Below, in pieces: positions 32,301 through 40,816 of a stretch of 64,000 bases of DNA. The position numbers and the translations under genes were made by a program. Origin of the DNA: a virus (Duplodnaviria; Heunggongvirae; Uroviricota; Caudoviricetes). Position 1 is the first letter of the stretch. Each line of letters opens with the position of its first letter. The notes below the pieces were generated by a model. The model was given only the letters and a program-made list of their open reading frames with translations, did not search any database and was not told the origin of the DNA. Location of the stretch: the IMG/VR virus record IMGVR_UViG_3300029288_000078, positions 54,733 through 118,732 of that record; one strand, 5' to 3'.

Positions 32301-34309
32301 ATCCAACCAGCATCTAAGTTAGTGGAATGAAACCACGAAAGAAAACCTGTGGTAGCAAGTGGACTGGTAAATCTAATTTCTGTAACACCACCTACGGTAC
32401 TAATTTTCGCTACATATTCACCGTTTAAGTTACTGTCAGCTGCATTAAAAATAGTAACGAGCTGATTATAAACGCCTAATGAATCAATCGCATAATCAGT
32501 GTCTGTAGTAATAATACATTCGCCACCATTAAATCGATAAACACCGGGGCGTGCTACTTGAGGCATGATCTCTAAATATGAATCAGGAGTGTAGGTTTGG
32601 AAAGTTGACCACACAATACGCGAACCAACCTTTTGGAAATTAACACCACTAAGTTTTGTTTTTAATACTGCTATCCACTGATCAACTGTGGCACTAACAA
32701 TATTGGCAAAATAAGTAGCAAAGTCGGCATCGGTTATGGTTAAAGTTTGATATGATTTGTCAACGCGAACAACTACATTTCTAAGGTCAGCTGCAACAAG
32801 TGACCATGGATGTTGGTTAGTTGTCAGAGTAGCGGTTTTGCCTTTAAAAGATAAAGCTGCACCGTTTTTGTAAAGATAAATTGGTTTGATTTCAGACGTT
32901 GGTAAGCCTAAAATCGTTTGTAGTTCACCAGATTGAATGTTCATTATTTCTGATTTACCCGATAGATCAAACACTACAATTCCTTTTGCTCCATCGATAG
33001 TACGGAAAGAACAAATGTTGGCTTGTGAGTTAAAATCTCTTACTATTTCTAGTGGCGTTGCGGTTTCGAGATTTAAATAATTACTACCTGTAACTGTAAA
33101 TACCTCGTTTACTCCGTCAATGGTTACAGTAAGTGGCATTAAATCTTGTAAGGCGTAAGGCCCGTAATTAGCTCCAATGGCAATGCACGGAGTAACAGGA
33201 GAGTAGGTAGTTCTAAAAAACATTTCTTGGCCAGAAGCGTCTTTAACAAACAACTCATATGGCTGCCCTACAAAAGTTGGCTCTAATAAAGATCCGTCAT
33301 TGATAAAAATCTTAGAAGGCTCGCCCGGCTCTGTTGGTTCGATTACTACAACAGACGCGATGGCTTTACCTGAATCAGGATCGCGCAAGCCTAACAAAGC
33401 GGCTGTGATAGCAGCTCTTGTACCACGGGATAAGGTAGCAGGATAATCTCTAATGCGTTGGCGTAAGTCTTCATCGTTTTCAGTTGAGCGTCCATTAGCA
33501 AAAGTTGAACCATTTCTAACTTGAGCTTGTGGAAAAGGTTGTGCACCAAATCGGTTTATGGCACCAGCTAAGGCATTGCCAGATTCTCCAAATGATGTGC
33601 AAGTTACTGTGGTTGTAGTTGTATCATCGCCGTCTAAAATAACAGTTTCAGAGTCTGTAGTAAAAGATACTGCTGGAGTTGATGAGTTAGGTGTAGTCTG
33701 GCAACTAGTACCAGCTGTAACGACTCTATCTCCCCCCTGTGCTAATACTACTGTTTCTGATATTGAATGATTTTTAGTTAAGGTGCCTTCTAGTTGTAAT
33801 GTCCAAAACACACCATTATCAGTTTTTGAAATGTATTTAATGGGGCCTTCAAGGTTATTAGCAGTGCCGCGTCCAATGTAAATCTTAGGATTAGTAGAAG
33901 GATCTGGCCAAGTTGAAGCGTCTTCGATATAAACCACCGTGCCACCAGAATATGGAGCAGGTTTACCAGCATACAACTTTGAAGATTTCTTTGGAGTGCG
34001 TGGATCTGTTATTACGACAAAACCACTAGCTGGACTAGCAGGTTTACGCCCTACCCCTCCAGTGCCATCAGGCAGACCAATTGAGCCGGCTTTACGATCA
34101 AGAGCCACACCTGTTAAACTTTCAAGGTCAGTCGATTCTAATAGTTTGAGGACCATTAAGAAGTTTTGATACTGAACTGACGCAACGGATTCTAATAACG
34201 TTGCAAGAGATGAGCCTGGGGCAAGGTCAGTAAGATCAGAATTAGCTATAACGGTACGAACAAGATCGCCTAATATTTGTTCTCTGGAGCGTAGTAAAAT
34301 CTCAGCCAT
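26381..34309 (-). CDS. Giant baseplate J-like wedge protein (2642 aa)
   Basis: J N-domain (TDLAPGSSLATLLE...LTGVALDRKA...PASG.V; GRSTENDEDLRQRI...RGTRAAI) and J C-domain (VAGYINKLSVGKPVILSEIIRAVQSLPGV) separated by >2000 aa. Confidence 0.8.
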   Translation of the reverse strand: MAEILLRSREQILGDLVRTVIANSDLTDLAPGSSLATLLESVASVQYQNFLMVLKLLESTDLESLTGVALDRKAGSIGLPDGTGGVGRKPASPASGFVVITDPRTPKKSSKLYAGKPAPYSGGTVVYIEDASTWPDPSTNPKIYIGRGTANNLEGPIKYISKTDNGVFWTLQLEGTLTKNHSISETVVLAQGGDRVVTAGTSCQTTPNSSTPAVSFTTDSETVILDGDDTTTTTVTCTSFGESGNALAGAINRFGAQPFPQAQVRNGSTFANGRSTENDEDLRQRIRDYPATLSRGTRAAITAALLGLRDPDSGKAIASVVVIEPTEPGEPSKIFINDGSLLEPTFVGQPYELFVKDASGQEMFFRTTYSPVTPCIAIGANYGPYALQDLMPLTVTIDGVNEVFTVTGSNYLNLETATPLEIVRDFNSQANICSFRTIDGAKGIVVFDLSGKSEIMNIQSGELQTILGLPTSEIKPIYLYKNGAALSFKGKTATLTTNQHPWSLVAADLRNVVVRVDKSYQTLTITDADFATYFANIVSATVDQWIAVLKTKLSGVNFQKVGSRIVWSTFQTYTPDSYLEIMPQVARPGVYRFNGGECIITTDTDYAIDSLGVYNQLVTIFNAADSNLNGEYVAKISTVGGVTEIRFTSPLATTGFLSWFHSTNLDAGWIGSSKMWAATETSTGATKDFQFNRFTGEIRLTTKPATGSIIEVGSLSTRAKIRSKTTVGGLYSIPPNIFGNSKLILGFDDPIAETKSITIGVSSKLKVTTPSVTPASSKIIRLEALDGVIADSRIFINAVAGDWIYLVNYTGSGWHTSIGGLYLIKQISPTTEWIEIEVDATQYSNFTGTHDLIGGSLFVFSSSVIPQIVDFGSLSSVTVDQVVDTINAQIHAGKAEKISAEAFVIRTNSYATTGSISLFGTIGNASTILDAGNASSVQPHVAALQTDKIDGGFTVIKSINNRTIPADGYGTRGYLAIESDYIDVIDTLTNPTIQEATVVSAYPHGYQAAIQTGRLANYTGRVYNTSNAAPFAGFMRGVDVIRPALPFDTAVDAGVVQNYRNISLRLRDLPITKDDKLVVEMDLNSIEKTIIIPMHKRAVIDTCSDITGGGEAYSMQFTLKDPDDANKQFFDVYSTFKDFNLNDFRILTKSVGVYKYDTFATAIVLRSIEVEAANRLKLMIRYPSAPDKSDVLVSHRSAFVNLVPETTLIAELASGSLVSGSLLTIGTLDVSVVPNAGTVDITFSGSSLDPTKYTTGDVVKLAGNHPLSGSYLITSTTPTTVTCNAPGLMRYKTVTITGCTAYTTSSSDVIVVNKTAHGLLSGDKVNITAPVGIDGISAGDLSVSNATVVWLSADTFSYTALNTANPPPTGSGTVSFPYYNRTLTTTPSSAEVVVTQVGHPFVGGEGIDISFAGTSIGGLLASDINLTNAIVSYVSANQYKYTATAVAPSNVGSIDFSRLNTALTIDTSTGSNIVVVNYPAPHKYLNGATLTFSSASKPIGSSLNNADFVGTFVITVIDSLTLSYTISVTEAGTPLSSGSITAAYGPYTASATTGDNTALVTMTYSIPYLDSGAIVNTSALSNIGGIPFADLTLASTVITTTSSSTFTFIAASVAPAWSATAPVRRTAKSCVLAVPQLPPPGSNIVTATLVDHRIQTSEQFYITVAGSIGGMSQTDLQNGVSPTLVTASGILANSFTYLASGYGASQSGSESFLRLISLQASQYNLSSYPLNASKNTITNIVSKLNTYGTLATAEVVGNAAFIVTQATYSSHPKAYNAQMENLSDIETAYDYHAFACKYSGSAAIYDYNASGGYITALVSTPDSIFPTKTESTDGSTQLYSPVNEEVYIVPSNGNTLARWMAFSSISSLSAQAHVEDVDSSQKVQISSLLVGFSGAVKVKGVTANKAEMFINANASAVYDPYQANSGLLGASKVTVDAASATFVPQGAMVKVENSLVSPVLRPYRLLPTGSSITSANISDIVTYFRSLQFVRYSKQGASQGRFAFYRNGMGTFQTEPMDNAGSITVTFSSVADDLVKITTNTSDLSARVGDMLMIFGDIKKALAYAEQVGGSTVRYALGAGVKSDLWIGLNITISGFTTSGFNGTFAVTNVGVYSSGIYNGYDYIEVSNATTGTETKTAILTISKTELPFAAFPLITCKTPSVGYTNSQEYMGYPVVQVNNSREVIVISPSIKQEIINNGGSISIILSPNLFPVHRKMMVFLSAVYNEKNIRSNRKEGSMYDLSYNSGNIKVLVRKLAGNFVSIWASNSAAENTDTLKLSEMQVNTDDWLVCNNEFALGNRGTFKIVAHNGRNQIIIYNPNAENETVSTLNGGTSDWLVGPFVGDRPLRVMAAENIFTGDSIRITSSNATGGSVSWVPISLIGNFVIASTGLASAADHDNPLSTFDTTLLCPTVDFILASAPASTDVNGGAPFILGANASAVTFQKANADYGYRYVAGRTIDPIDKTKANLYLLPEANSLTMTSALGSKISCLFKLGASENVVRGIDSYLTFSGLLRESHKVVDGNPSNVALYPGVRAAGTSIEILTPLVKSIVVRLQIKPKDGVDSSIIAETVRATVAGYINKLSVGKPVILSEIIRAVQSLPGVFSVTIIDTKPTSQGDRIVVGDVEKAIVFDTENDIIVS

Positions 34310-34387
34310 GTGGTTTTATCCTCAACGTTTTTTGAAGTGCTATTTGAAATTGTAACATGAGGTTTTTAGTTAACAAAGGAACTCAGT

Positions 34388-34648
34388 GTGAGCCAACGAT
34401 TGCTTGTGGAAGTAATAGCAGAAGTAGAAGAACAAATAGACGATGCCGAAATGCAATATATTACATTCCCTACTACATTACACGCTATAAGATTGTTTGA
34501 ATTATTAGACAAGGCCGAACAATTAAACGAATTAGCAGCCTCGATAGTAGTGGAAATGCCAGATCCCCCACCCCCTCCGAAGAAGCGCAAAACTAAATCA
34601 GTACTACGCAATAAAAGACAAGGGAATAGGCACAGTAGAATCTTGTAA
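34388..34648 (+). CDS. Hypothetical protein, lone plus-strand gene in structural module
   Basis: GTG start with AAAGGA SD; acidic helical N-half, PPPPPKKRK basic tail. Confidence 0.5.
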   Translation: MSQRLLVEVIAEVEEQIDDAEMQYITFPTTLHAIRLFELLDKAEQLNELAASIVVEMPDPPPPPKKRKTKSVLRNKRQGNRHSRIL

Positions 34649-36151
34649 CATTACTATCATCGAAATATTAAGCGAAGTTCCCAACGCTTCTATGTTTCCA
34701 ACTACACAATTTTTAATTCTACTATCGGTTAAAATTGCATTTTGAATACTAAGAGCTATGATTTCCGATTCAGCTAATGTGTTAAACCAAGTATCACCGG
34801 CACTATCAGAAATGCCATATTCAGGATGCCATTGGTTTTCTGATCTCACAGTACTAAGGATATGGTGTATGGTTTGTCTTAAATTTGCCGCCCCATAACT
34901 CTTTTTAAAATCACCTGTAGAATCTAATAAAATATCCCCAGTACGTTCGTCTCTCTGTATATCTACGCCAAAAGCCAATACTTGTTGCCCAAGTCTTCGA
35001 AGTTCATCACTAGAAGGCGTAGCAACACGAGTGAGCGGAGACGTAACATCTAAAGGGATATAAATCATGGAGCGTTCGTTTACAGTGTTCGGATAGTAAA
35101 CGCGCACAAAACCTTTTTCTTCTGTTTTCCATGCTGATAGATTTTTTTCGCCAGACAAGAAAATAGTTAACGTACCGTCTTTATTGTCATTAATCTTTTC
35201 CACTATCCTTGGCTGTTCTTTTTGAGTAATCGAACCAATGTAAACTTGACAACTTAAGCTAATCCACTCCTTGCGAGTATCTTGTATTGTCATGGAGTTA
35301 CCTGAACCAGAAGAAACTAAATATTGCTTTTCACCATAGAGATCAACATACGGTGATTTTAGTCCATTAGCGGTAACTAGTTCGAACCACCTATCGGCTG
35401 AACCTAAATATTGATAAGCCATTTGAGAGAGGCTTTTAGCAAAAGGAATTGAGATATAACTTTTATAAGCATCATTAATAGTTACGGTAGAATCAGCAGA
35501 TAAATTATTATTACCGATTTTTAATAAGTTTGGAGGAGTGCCAGAAGTCTGCTTAAATTGAACAATAATGCCTTCGATGAATCGCTCTAATTCTAAAGAG
35601 TCTTCTAACGTTGCCAAGTCTTCAACAGTTGCACTGCGCTTTCTTGGAGCAATAGATTCGTCTCTAAGAGCAGCGGCATCAACATCCCCTAACCCAATAT
35701 AATCACAAGTTAAATTGTGTTGCTCTTTTAAAAATGCAACCATGCTTCGAAAATTAGAGATATCAAAACCCTGTACACGACTAAGTTCTCTCCGCATAAA
35801 GTCTTTTTCATCTTTATTTGGCTTTATTTCAGTAAACGTTATTAAAAACAAAAATGGAGAATATAAAACAAATTTATCAGGATAGGTCAATACGTTAACT
35901 GTATTACCTAATTTAGTGGATTGCACTGATCTTTCAAAATCAGTGAGTGCATTTTCCAATTTCTGATCTCCATTGGCATAATTCTTAAAGCGTGGGTAAA
36001 AAGTATTCCAGTTATCGACTAACCACTGATACCTCCCCCTAGCAATAGAAGGCAACAAGTCTAAGGTATAAGGATCGTTAGACTTCCATGCTAAATACAT
36101 TCCTAAATCTACTTTTAATTCGTAAAAACTTGTATATAATTTACTAGCCAT
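34604..36151 (-). CDS. Baseplate wedge protein, LysM-like + gp25/GPW-like domains
   Basis: SLSQMAYQYLGSADRWFELVTANGLKSPY (LysM-like); C-terminal GAANLRQTIHHILST...WHPEYG...TDSRI (gp25-like); upstream of J. Confidence 0.75.
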   Translation of the reverse strand: MASKLYTSFYELKVDLGMYLAWKSNDPYTLDLLPSIARGRYQWLVDNWNTFYPRFKNYANGDQKLENALTDFERSVQSTKLGNTVNVLTYPDKFVLYSPFLFLITFTEIKPNKDEKDFMRRELSRVQGFDISNFRSMVAFLKEQHNLTCDYIGLGDVDAAALRDESIAPRKRSATVEDLATLEDSLELERFIEGIIVQFKQTSGTPPNLLKIGNNNLSADSTVTINDAYKSYISIPFAKSLSQMAYQYLGSADRWFELVTANGLKSPYVDLYGEKQYLVSSGSGNSMTIQDTRKEWISLSCQVYIGSITQKEQPRIVEKINDNKDGTLTIFLSGEKNLSAWKTEEKGFVRVYYPNTVNERSMIYIPLDVTSPLTRVATPSSDELRRLGQQVLAFGVDIQRDERTGDILLDSTGDFKKSYGAANLRQTIHHILSTVRSENQWHPEYGISDSAGDTWFNTLAESEIIALSIQNAILTDSRIKNCVVGNIEALGTSLNISMIVMLQDSTVPIPLSFIA

Positions 36152-36155
36152 ATCG

Positions 36156-37202
36156 TTACACCACTGGAGGAATTGAAAGAAATGTTCCTAGAGGATCTGT
36201 TTTCGCACTGTTAAAGGCACGCATTACATTTTTTGCCTTAGTTACTGCACTGGTTGCGGTAATAGTAGAAACAGAAGCTAAGTCGCCCTTAAATCTATCC
36301 GTTGCCCCCCCTAGTACACTCGAATCATCAGGAGTTTGTATATCCCACCCCTTCAATTGGATTTGGTACCTATAAAGAAACGGAGAATTTACAGATTTTG
36401 TCATGGAGAAGTTTTTCAAAACTATTCTAAACATCTGATTGTCTTTGTAGTTTTTAAAAAACAAAGCAAATCTTTTTTTCTTAAATTCACTTACATCAAT
36501 GCTTTTTGTTGCATTATCTCTTCTTGAATTTAAATGAGTATAGAGAATAAAAAACTTATGGAGACGATGTATTTCTGTATACCCGTTACTATCTGGAGCA
36601 ACCGCACTGTAGGAATAAGGCATATGAGGTTGTATTAAATATTCTGCTGTTCTGGAGGCTGCCGCAGCGGCTCCAAATCCTGCTTGTGCGTCTCTAAAAG
36701 CCTCTGTAGGAGCATCAACCAAACCTGTGGCATAAGAAGCAGCTCGCGATAACGAAAGCATTAAAGAGGTGGCTATTCCGGTTTTAGGTATAACATCACG
36801 AAATACACTGGCTGGTACATTCGCTGTTGTACCTGCATAGCCAATTGCTCCTTGCGTGTCTCTACCTACCCCCATACCCGTTGTACCAGCAAGCATGATA
36901 TTCCAAAACACTGCTGCACTAGGCTCTTCAACTACCCCCCCTAGTGTAGGTACCGCATCAGAAGGCGCTACCATTTGTGTGCTTATAGATTCTGGAGGAA
37001 TAGGCAAGGCGTAATGAAAGTTTTGTTGATTCTTGTCGCTCAAGTCAATAATAGAAAAAACGTAGGGATAGGTTTGATACCAATTCTTGCCTTCATTCGT
37101 GTAAATATCCTCAATGGCAATACTAAGACTATCGCTATTAGCATTCCTCTTTTTGATTGCATTGATTACATCGCTAACGCCACTTAAATCTATATCAACC
37201 AC
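36156..37202 (-). CDS. Putative baseplate hub / tail-tube initiator protein
   Basis: YALPIPPESIS...TLGG.VEE and terminal SPFLYRYQIQLKG pattern of tube-initiator-like proteins; GTG start with AGGAGG SD. Confidence 0.5.
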   Translation of the reverse strand: MVDIDLSGVSDVINAIKKRNANSDSLSIAIEDIYTNEGKNWYQTYPYVFSIIDLSDKNQQNFHYALPIPPESISTQMVAPSDAVPTLGGVVEEPSAAVFWNIMLAGTTGMGVGRDTQGAIGYAGTTANVPASVFRDVIPKTGIATSLMLSLSRAASYATGLVDAPTEAFRDAQAGFGAAAAASRTAEYLIQPHMPYSYSAVAPDSNGYTEIHRLHKFFILYTHLNSRRDNATKSIDVSEFKKKRFALFFKNYKDNQMFRIVLKNFSMTKSVNSPFLYRYQIQLKGWDIQTPDDSSVLGGATDRFKGDLASVSTITATSAVTKAKNVMRAFNSAKTDPLGTFLSIPPVV

Positions 37203-37238
37203 ATCAAATCCTCCTACCGATAATAGAAGGATAGCATT

Positions 37239-37982
37239 TCAATTATCCGAAACAGGTATTGCTTTGGCGCAGTATTCTTCTAAGTCATAAGTAATAAGAA
37301 AGTTTATCTGATTGCCTTTTACAACTTGCTTGATATTCTTGTGAGCGGTTAAATATTTTTCTGTACTTTGTTCCATTGCTATAGATAACGGATCGCCCCC
37401 CCTCTTGATTTGGCAATAAGCTAAGCCATCAGCGTCTCTTAATATTTCTCGTTTTCCACTATTACATTGATCTTGACTGTAAACATTATTGTAAGCACTT
37501 CCGTATTCTAAATAACGTTCTAAGTCTTTTTGTTTAGGGAAAAAGTAATGAGTTTTTAGCCCCTCCACCCCATAGTTATGTTTTCTTACTTCATCTTCAG
37601 CAACACGAGCTTGGTTTTTTAATTCCATCATTTGTTGCAAAGTATTTAAAGTAGAATCAATATTCCTAATAAAACTTTTCGTAACAGTAAAGGTTTTAAT
37701 TTGTTTTTTGTTCTTACAGTAATCGGAATATCCTGTTTTTGATTCTGGTAATCCAACAGGCTCTGGCTCTCTATAAACTTTGATTGTCGGCTCTTTTTCA
37801 TTGGGATACTTTTCATCCAGCCAAGCATTATATTTACTTGCATCGGCAAACGTTGGCTGTGGCACTTGCTTATTGATATAGGCTACGGCTTCTGCACGTG
37901 TAGGCTCGCGAGAGGTACTTACACACCCCCCTCCTATCCAACTACCAACTAAAAGAATTGCTACAGTTAATATGTTTTTCAT
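37239..37982 (-). CDS. Putative lipoprotein
   Basis: Hydrophobic signal ending WIGGG-C; downstream of promoter P1 operon. Confidence 0.5.
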   Translation of the reverse strand: MKNILTVAILLVGSWIGGGCVSTSREPTRAEAVAYINKQVPQPTFADASKYNAWLDEKYPNEKEPTIKVYREPEPVGLPESKTGYSDYCKNKKQIKTFTVTKSFIRNIDSTLNTLQQMMELKNQARVAEDEVRKHNYGVEGLKTHYFFPKQKDLERYLEYGSAYNNVYSQDQCNSGKREILRDADGLAYCQIKRGGDPLSIAMEQSTEKYLTAHKNIKQVVKGNQINFLITYDLEEYCAKAIPVSDN

Positions 37983-38266
37983 GAAGCTATCCTTTCTGCA
38001 TCAATAGTACTCAATTTGCCTTTTTTGATTTTCCTTTTATATTCTTTTTCCTCAATTGGATCGCATTTACAAAGAGCTACCGCAGTGCCAATAGAACACC
38101 CTAGTTCAATCGCTATCGCCCGTACCCCCATACCCATTTCATGAAGCTCCACCGCCTCTTGCCTAAACGCTTCACCAAACACTAATGGCCGATGTGTCAA
38201 ATAACCAGCCTTGCGCTTTTTCTCAATACCTTCTTTAGTTTTCTTAACAAATAATTTTCTATCCAT
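37979..38266 (-). CDS. Helix-turn-helix DNA-binding protein
   Basis: AVELHEMGMGVRAIAIELGCSIGTAV HTH pattern; GGAGG SD. Confidence 0.7.
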   Translation of the reverse strand: MDRKLFVKKTKEGIEKKRKAGYLTHRPLVFGEAFRQEAVELHEMGMGVRAIAIELGCSIGTAVALCKCDPIEEKEYKRKIKKGKLSTIDAERIAS

Positions 38267-38310
38267 TGCGTCCTCCTTTGTTATACAAGTAATCTTTCTT
38301 CCTATTACTT

Positions 38311-38337
38311 ATATCGGAGGAATTCGCAGAAACTTAA
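38311..38337 (-). promoter_or_regulatory. sigma-28-type promoter P1 (TTAAGTTT-N11-TCCGATAT)
   Basis: Matches FliA consensus with exact 11-nt spacer; upstream of HTH gene. Confidence 0.7.
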
Positions 38338-39701
38338 GCCCTTTTTAATACAGACACAATCTTTTTGATAATCGGATTTTGATCGGCTAATAATTCAATA
38401 GTTTTTTCAGTAATGCACTCAAGATTCTTTAAATTAAACAAAACATCAATATGCTTAAAGTGCCTAATCACATATTGCAATACCGCAGTGTACTTGTTCA
38501 TATCCGCCATATCAGAAACAGAAAAGAACTTGTTAAATGTTTGTTCGGTTAGTTCTACATCTTCATATTTGTCGGCAAGTTCATCAATATCAAGAGCACA
38601 AAAACAATCTGGCATTGCATTTATCAGGCTCAAGGTTACAAACTTATTCCTTGGGATACGATTGGCTATTAAATAAGCTAAAGCATTAACCAAGAGACTT
38701 AAATCTTTTTTCTCAATTATAGTTTCACGTATTTCTATTAATTGACTATCGCTTACAGCTGTTCCGTTTTGTAACTCTTGAATGTAATTTGTCGCACTTA
38801 TTGGTTTGGATACGTTTATTTGTTTAAGAGCACGTTTCAAATCAAGAACCTGTGTAGTGCTAGCCTCTTGATTTGCTTCTTGAATTAACTTTTTCAAATT
38901 ATCTGGCAATCTACCTTTAGTGTGTGGCACAATTCCTTTTTTGACAAGCTCTTCTTTAGTAGCATTGACTTTTTCAAATAACCTTTTCCAACCTACCTTC
39001 ATGCCTAACTTGTGAGCGCGAGCGGTAATAGTTTGTGTGGATAAATTTACTAAATCATCGCCAGCTACGGCAATAAGAGTATGAATTGCCTGTTCTATAT
39101 CAACTTGTTTAATCGGTTTAGCTAACGCCCTGTTTAATGTTCTACTTCGTTTTGGCGCGACACTTAATTCTTTTTCTATTTTCTTCATGGTTTTCCTTTT
39201 GATAGTTAAATTGATACTTGCATTTTTTTCAGGGAATATTTTAGAATACGATATGGCTTCTTTTTCTTGTTTAGTTAAATTGCGTTGTTTCAATTCATTC
39301 CATCGTGAGTCAAATACGCTGTTCACTTTCGCTAGTTCTGTTTTCACGTATTTACTGTTAGATGATGAAGTGAAACCAGCACTCCTAATAGTTATTACCG
39401 ATTCCTGCAAGTGTTGCAATTCAGATATATCTCTTACTATTGCATCCAAAGCACCTTGTTTAAAACTCAAAGGTATTGTGGCAACCTGTTCTAATATCGC
39501 TCTTACAAGCCCCGTTCGAATACGATCTTCATGCCATTTTTGAGCGTGAGCATTACCATCAAATGAACTAAGCTTTTTCCCATCAGGATGTTGAATAGTT
39601 TGTTCTTTTCCATGACACATTATCTTGCCACTCTCAAAACTAACAACTTCGTTTAAGTTCGTTGTAAATTTCACATTAAATCTTTTCGTAATCATATGCA
39701 T
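38334..39701 (-). CDS. Hypothetical protein (455 aa, basic central region)
   Basis: Long ORF with AGGAG SD; no family recognised. Confidence 0.7.
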   Translation of the reverse strand: MHMITKRFNVKFTTNLNEVVSFESGKIMCHGKEQTIQHPDGKKLSSFDGNAHAQKWHEDRIRTGLVRAILEQVATIPLSFKQGALDAIVRDISELQHLQESVITIRSAGFTSSSNSKYVKTELAKVNSVFDSRWNELKQRNLTKQEKEAISYSKIFPEKNASINLTIKRKTMKKIEKELSVAPKRSRTLNRALAKPIKQVDIEQAIHTLIAVAGDDLVNLSTQTITARAHKLGMKVGWKRLFEKVNATKEELVKKGIVPHTKGRLPDNLKKLIQEANQEASTTQVLDLKRALKQINVSKPISATNYIQELQNGTAVSDSQLIEIRETIIEKKDLSLLVNALAYLIANRIPRNKFVTLSLINAMPDCFCALDIDELADKYEDVELTEQTFNKFFSVSDMADMNKYTAVLQYVIRHFKHIDVLFNLKNLECITEKTIELLADQNPIIKKIVSVLKRA

Positions 39702-39805
39702 AGCTCCTTTTATACAAATGCCCTAGAAACAAGCAAAAGCCCATCTTCACTCTGGTAAACCTTAATAGTAGATGTAGTCAATAGTTATTTTGAGAAAAAA
39801 GATAG

Positions 39806-40804
39806 TTACTGCTTCCAATAATACGTACACTCCATATTTGACGTGAGCAGCACTTTTGGATTTACACGACCGGCATATAAACTTGTATTGTTAACAAAAC
39901 TGCTATCTTCAATTTCATAAGTCATAAACAAATTGGAAGCGTTAACCGTTGCCGATCCTCTTGTGGGATAGAAAATAAACTTAGAATTACCTCTTACAGG
40001 AATGCGATCAACAGAAAATGCATATTGCCATAAGCTAAGTCCACCAACTCCACCTGCTGGCCAAAAATCATTATTTCTAATGGCATTTTTAGGAATAATT
40101 CGATTGAAAGAAGTATCAAAACCAGATCCATCCGATACGATACGACCGCTGAATAATTTATCGCCTGCTGTTGTTTCTGAATATTCTACGTGTATGTAAC
40201 CAGGAATTAAAATTTGAGAGCTTTCTAAATTTGAAGAAGCACTAGGATTATTAGTATTGCTAAAACCAAAAGTACCATCACATATTTGTTGGAAGCTAAT
40301 TCTTGTTTCTAAACCATCAACGCCATTGGTGCCGTTCGTTCCATTGCTTCCATTTGTTCCATTAATACCGTCCACACCATTAGTACCATTAGTACCTGCA
40401 ATACCCCCTACCCCAGCAGCGCCTCTTAAATCTATATCCCCCCATTGATTGCTTGAACAGGTTTTGAAGCTTGCACTATCTTTAATAAACACCAATGCCC
40501 CTTCTTTTTCAGGACAACATATTGGTAGTTCAGCAGCTGTGGCTATAGAAAAAGCAGTGGTTGGATCTTTAACGGTAGTTACCACCCCATCTTTAACAAT
40601 TTCAGTGGTTGGATCGGTAGCAGCATCAGGGCAAGCAATCCCCCCATCAGCTAAAAACGCAACCACACAAGTTGATCCCCCCCCTATCACATCAGGTATC
40701 TCTGCACTAACCGTATTACCATTGGCGTTTACCGTACCACTTACATTTGCACTACCACAAGATATTAAAACCAAACCACCTAATCCAAACAATATACGTT
40801 TCAT
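39806..40804 (-). CDS. Collagen-like lipoprotein
   Basis: Lipobox LVLIS-C; Gly-X-Y run GAAGVGGIAGTNGTNGVDGINGTNGSNGTNGTNGVDG. Confidence 0.8.
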   Translation of the reverse strand: MKRILFGLGGLVLISCGSANVSGTVNANGNTVSAEIPDVIGGGSTCVVAFLADGGIACPDAATDPTTEIVKDGVVTTVKDPTTAFSIATAAELPICCPEKEGALVFIKDSASFKTCSSNQWGDIDLRGAAGVGGIAGTNGTNGVDGINGTNGSNGTNGTNGVDGLETRISFQQICDGTFGFSNTNNPSASSNLESSQILIPGYIHVEYSETTAGDKLFSGRIVSDGSGFDTSFNRIIPKNAIRNNDFWPAGGVGGLSLWQYAFSVDRIPVRGNSKFIFYPTRGSATVNASNLFMTYEIEDSSFVNNTSLYAGRVNPKVLLTSNMECTYYWKQ

Positions 40805-40816
40805 ATCAATCCCCTC

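Noticed and set aside
8025-33770. Numerous plus-strand ORFs in the track antisense to structural genes (e.g. 8370..8807, 20806..21219, 31944..32243)
   Set aside because: Shadow frames of G/S/T-rich genes, with no SD or recognisable domains.
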